Below, one piece after another: positions 23,287 to 26,102 of a DNA stretch of 26,102 bases. The DNA lies in the NCBI GenBank assembly GCA_046597055.1, contig JBKJLC010000226.1, positions 1 through 26,102 on the forward strand, read 5' to 3'. Both the position numbers and the translations under genes were made by a program. The notes under the pieces are model-generated. The model ran no database searches. It was not told the origin of the DNA and worked only from the letters and a program-made list of their open reading frames with translations. Position 1 is the first letter of the stretch, and every line of letters begins with the position of its first letter. This DNA is from Kofleriaceae bacterium (GTDB lineage Bacteria; Myxococcota_A; Polyangia; Haliangiales; Haliangiaceae).

Positions 23287-24860
23287 GGTATAGGTCAAGA
23301 CCTAGGTGACACTTCGCGACAGACCCTCGCCATGGGGTGACACCCCGACGCGTTAGCTGACCGCGCCTTCCTGGCTGCCGGTCGGAGTCGTTTCGGTGGT
23401 GGTCGGCACCGGCCCGGCCGCCCCGTAACCGGCGGACGGGACGCGGTCGTTGTGGCACTCCGGTGCGGCCCGGGTCGGCTCGATCTTCGAGGCCGCCGCG
23501 GGAGTGTCACCCCTCCGCTTCCGAGTGTCACCCCGAGGCCGCTGGGCACCGTCACCCCGGTTCCAGTCAGATGCGCGTAGGGGGTGACACTCGGCCGTTC
23601 CGCGCGCGTCTGCGCCGCGGGCAGTGGCGGCTCGTTCGGCACGCAGAGCGGCGAGCTTCTTCTTCTCCGGGTCTCGAACGGCTGCACCGTCACGTAGCGA
23701 CCGAGCGCGGGGCTCGTTCGCACGTAGCCGATGAGCATGTGGTGCAGCCAGATATGGACCATCTCGTCCTCGACGCGCTGCAACCCAATGTGCGCGTTGC
23801 GCAGCGCCGTCGAGACGAATACGTGGTGGCGACCGTCGAGCCAGAATTTCCCGTTGGCGCCGAGCTGGATGACCTCGGCCTCGTCAGGGAACAGGCCGAG
23901 CATGCCGCGCCAGTAGCGGCGCTCGCTCCGGCGGTACACGTCGGCGGGCACGTGCATCCCGAGCGCCTCGTGGGGCCGCACGTGGTTGAACTCGACGCGC
24001 CAGTCGTTGCACGCGCGCTGCTGCAAGCGAAGGGTCTGCGCCGCCCGCGTCTGCAAGTCGATACTCATGTCGGCGTGCATGCGCTCGTGCGCGCCGTTGT
24101 CCTGCGGACAGCCCGGCCGGCTGCGCACGACGTCGATGCCGAGCGAGACCCTCCACGCCGAGAGCTTCGTGAGCCCGGCGAGGCTACGTCCCGCCGCGAA
24201 CGGCGCGCCGTTGTCGCTCTGAATCACCTTGGGAAGGCCGTGCTCCTCGAACAAGTCTTCGAATACGGCGCGCACTCCCTCGGTGTCGGACTTCGGCAGC
24301 AGGCGCAGCGCGAGGACGTAGCGGCTGAACGCGTCGCGCACCGTCAGTGGCTCGCAGCGACGCCCATCGCGCGTCTTCCACCAGCCCTTGAAGTCGACGG
24401 TCCACACGTCGTTGGGCGCCTCGACGACGACGTGCTTGCGCGCGGCCTGGAGCATCCATCCCTGGTCCGTCGGACGACGCCGCGCCTTCCGCCGCAGCAG
24501 GCGCGCGCGAGAGAGCACGCGTGAGATAGTGCGCTGCGACGGCAACGGCTGGTCCTGCGGAAGCTGCTTCTCGAGGAGCTTCTTGATTTTCTTCGGCCCC
24601 CACGAGGGGTGAGCCTGCCGCAAGCGGACAATCTCGACCGTCACGTCCGACGACGTGTTGTCGGGAGACGACAAGGGCCGCGTCGAGCGGTCGACGAGCC
24701 CCTCGAACCCGTGCTTGCGGAACCGCGTGAGCCACTTGTAGCCCGTCTTGCGGCTGATGCCGTTCGCCCGGCAGAGCTCCCTGAACGGCAGCTCCTTGGC
24801 CAGCGCCTTCACGATGAAGTCTTTCCTGATTTTCCACACCTATAGGTGGAGGTCAAGACC
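23287..24860 (-). mobile_element. IS481-family insertion sequence (downstream end recognisable, upstream end unclear)
   Basis: Transposase plus terminal motif AAGTGTCACCTAGGTCTTGACCTATACC (minus strand) overlapping the stop codon, and multiple GTGTCACC sites. Confidence 0.75.
23295..24839 (-). CDS. IS481-family DDE transposase (HTH + rve integrase core) with extended low-complexity C-tail
   Basis: ELCRANGISRKTGYKWL, HPSWGPKKI, PNDVWTVDFKG (D), QSDNGAPF (D), PQDNGAHERMH (E), FNHVRPHEALG. Confidence 0.92.
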   Translation of the reverse strand: MWKIRKDFIVKALAKELPFRELCRANGISRKTGYKWLTRFRKHGFEGLVDRSTRPLSSPDNTSSDVTVEIVRLRQAHPSWGPKKIKKLLEKQLPQDQPLPSQRTISRVLSRARLLRRKARRRPTDQGWMLQAARKHVVVEAPNDVWTVDFKGWWKTRDGRRCEPLTVRDAFSRYVLALRLLPKSDTEGVRAVFEDLFEEHGLPKVIQSDNGAPFAAGRSLAGLTKLSAWRVSLGIDVVRSRPGCPQDNGAHERMHADMSIDLQTRAAQTLRLQQRACNDWRVEFNHVRPHEALGMHVPADVYRRSERRYWRGMLGLFPDEAEVIQLGANGKFWLDGRHHVFVSTALRNAHIGLQRVEDEMVHIWLHHMLIGYVRTSPALGRYVTVQPFETRRRRSSPLCVPNEPPLPAAQTRAERPSVTPYAHLTGTGVTVPSGLGVTLGSGGVTLPRRPRRSSRPGPHRSATTTASRPPVTGRPGRCRPPPKRLRPAARKARSANASGCHPMARVCREVSPRS

Positions 24861-24929
24861 GGCACCTCTGGGAACCAACGGCACTTCAGGTGGCGCCAGA
24901 GTAGTATCGATCTCGTGAGACGCGAGCGG

Positions 24930-25463
24930 ATGCGACTCGCCGTTCCTTTGCGACGCCAGCGGGTGGCTGTCGCCGGCGTTTCCCTATTTTGGATCGTGAC
25001 GGCAATCTCCGATCATCCGTCCGTCGAAGGGTTCCGTGGTGAGGTGTTGCTATGGTTCATCGGCGTACTGGTGCTGAGTGGCGCCGCCGCCGTTCGGTCG
25101 CTCGGGGTAGCTGTCTCGTTGGGGGCGCTCCTGGGTTCATTCACTACCGCCGGCCAGGTCGAGCGCCTCGAAGCCGCCGACGCGCTGACCTTACGGATCG
25201 CCCTGCTGTGCACCACGTTGGTCGGAGCGCTACTCGCGCTGCGCGGTCTGCGGGATTCTTGCCGCGAGACTGCACACGGCCGGGGGGCTTCATGCGTGAT
25301 CGGGCTTCCGGTTGCACGCCTCTACGCTGGCCAGCGTCGCTGTGTTCCACTGCAACAGGCCGCGACATGGCGCCACTACTACGCGGCCCCATCGGCCGGC
25401 AAGTGGATCCGGAACGTCGAGCCGCGACCAGCAGCACTCACAACCTCGATGGTTCCACGATGA
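24930..25463 (+). CDS. Possible small membrane protein
   Basis: Three to four hydrophobic segments in the first ~105 aa; atypical codon usage; the 3' end overlaps the convergent histidine kinase by 85 bp, so it may be degraded. Confidence 0.35.
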   Translation: MRLAVPLRRQRVAVAGVSLFWIVTAISDHPSVEGFRGEVLLWFIGVLVLSGAAAVRSLGVAVSLGALLGSFTTAGQVERLEAADALTLRIALLCTTLVGALLALRGLRDSCRETAHGRGASCVIGLPVARLYAGQRRCVPLQQAATWRHYYAAPSAGKWIRNVEPRPAALTTSMVPR

Positions 25464-25987
25464 GCCTCGACGATGCCATGAGTGACGAACAGACCGAGAC
25501 CGATGCCGGGAATGCGCTCATATGACCCCACGCGGTGAAACGCCTTGAAAAGGCGTTGCTGATCGACGTCGCTGATGCCGGGCCCCTCGTCGCGGACCTC
25601 GATCATGACGCCTGTGTCCTCGCGGGCGACGCGGACCAGGATCGCCGCATCCGGTGGCGAATACTTGATCGCGTTGCTCATCAGGTTCTCCACCGCCTGC
25701 TCGATCCGGAGCGGATCGCAATGGACGACTACGGGGACGTTGGGCGCCGAGACTTCGATCCGATGGGCAGGAGTTGTATCGACGAGCACTGCCACGACCT
25801 CTTTGATCAATCCGACCACGTCGCACGGCCGCGATTCGATCCGGAGCCGGCCTGCCTCGATCTGGGACACGTCGACGAAGTCGTTCACCATGCGCTCCAC
25901 CCGATCGAGGCAGCGGCAAACACGTGCCACCACGGCGTCATGACGCAGTTGCCCGGGCGAAGTGTGATCGCAATGCAGAGCGGGCAC
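25379..25987 (-). pseudogene. Sensor histidine kinase remnant (second DHp helix + HATPase_c), H-box absent/degenerate
   Basis: RMVNDFVDVSQIEAG, N box ENLMSNAIKYS, G1 DEGPGI, F box LFKAF, G2 GIGLGL, GRGSTF. The frame stays open to the window end but shows no H(E/D)LRxP motif. Confidence 0.65.
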
Positions 25988-26102
25988 GCTTAGGGCCCCC
26001 GAGTGAACAAGTCGATCGGAAGGTGAGCGGAAGGCCCTGTTGAGGATCGCGTCGATCGCGCAGACGTGATCTACCTTCGGGGTGGACGCGGAGAGCCTGA
26101 TC

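Overview
High-GC bacterial DNA, most likely Myxococcota (Kofleriaceae/Haliangiales-like). This is inferred from the PEGA-tailed Ser/Thr kinases, the kinase-STAND-TPR protein and the TPR-CHAT protease. From left to right the window holds: (1) the 3' part of a TPR-CHAT caspase-like protease, followed by a 113-aa Pro-rich orphan whose start is locked in a 10-bp hairpin; (2) a tetR / MFE-2-like (SDR + hydratase-2 + three SCP2 domains) / SCP2-type thiolase operon resembling eukaryotic peroxisomal beta-oxidation; (3) a small atypical islet and an NADPH-FMN reductase; (4) a Ser/Thr kinase-PEGA / TPR-membrane protein pair with a divergent two-domain lipoprotein; (5) a cysteine-free glutaredoxin divergent from an ILVBL/HACL2-like ThDP enzyme; (6) two convergent Ser/Thr kinases separated by a 10-bp tandem repeat; (7) DUF4202 and a PaaI thioesterase preceded by a perfect KstR-type box. 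From about 23.13 kb an accessory segment follows, with an IS481-family transposase with unusual ends and a decayed histidine kinase. No rRNA, intact tRNA or CRISPR array was recognised.
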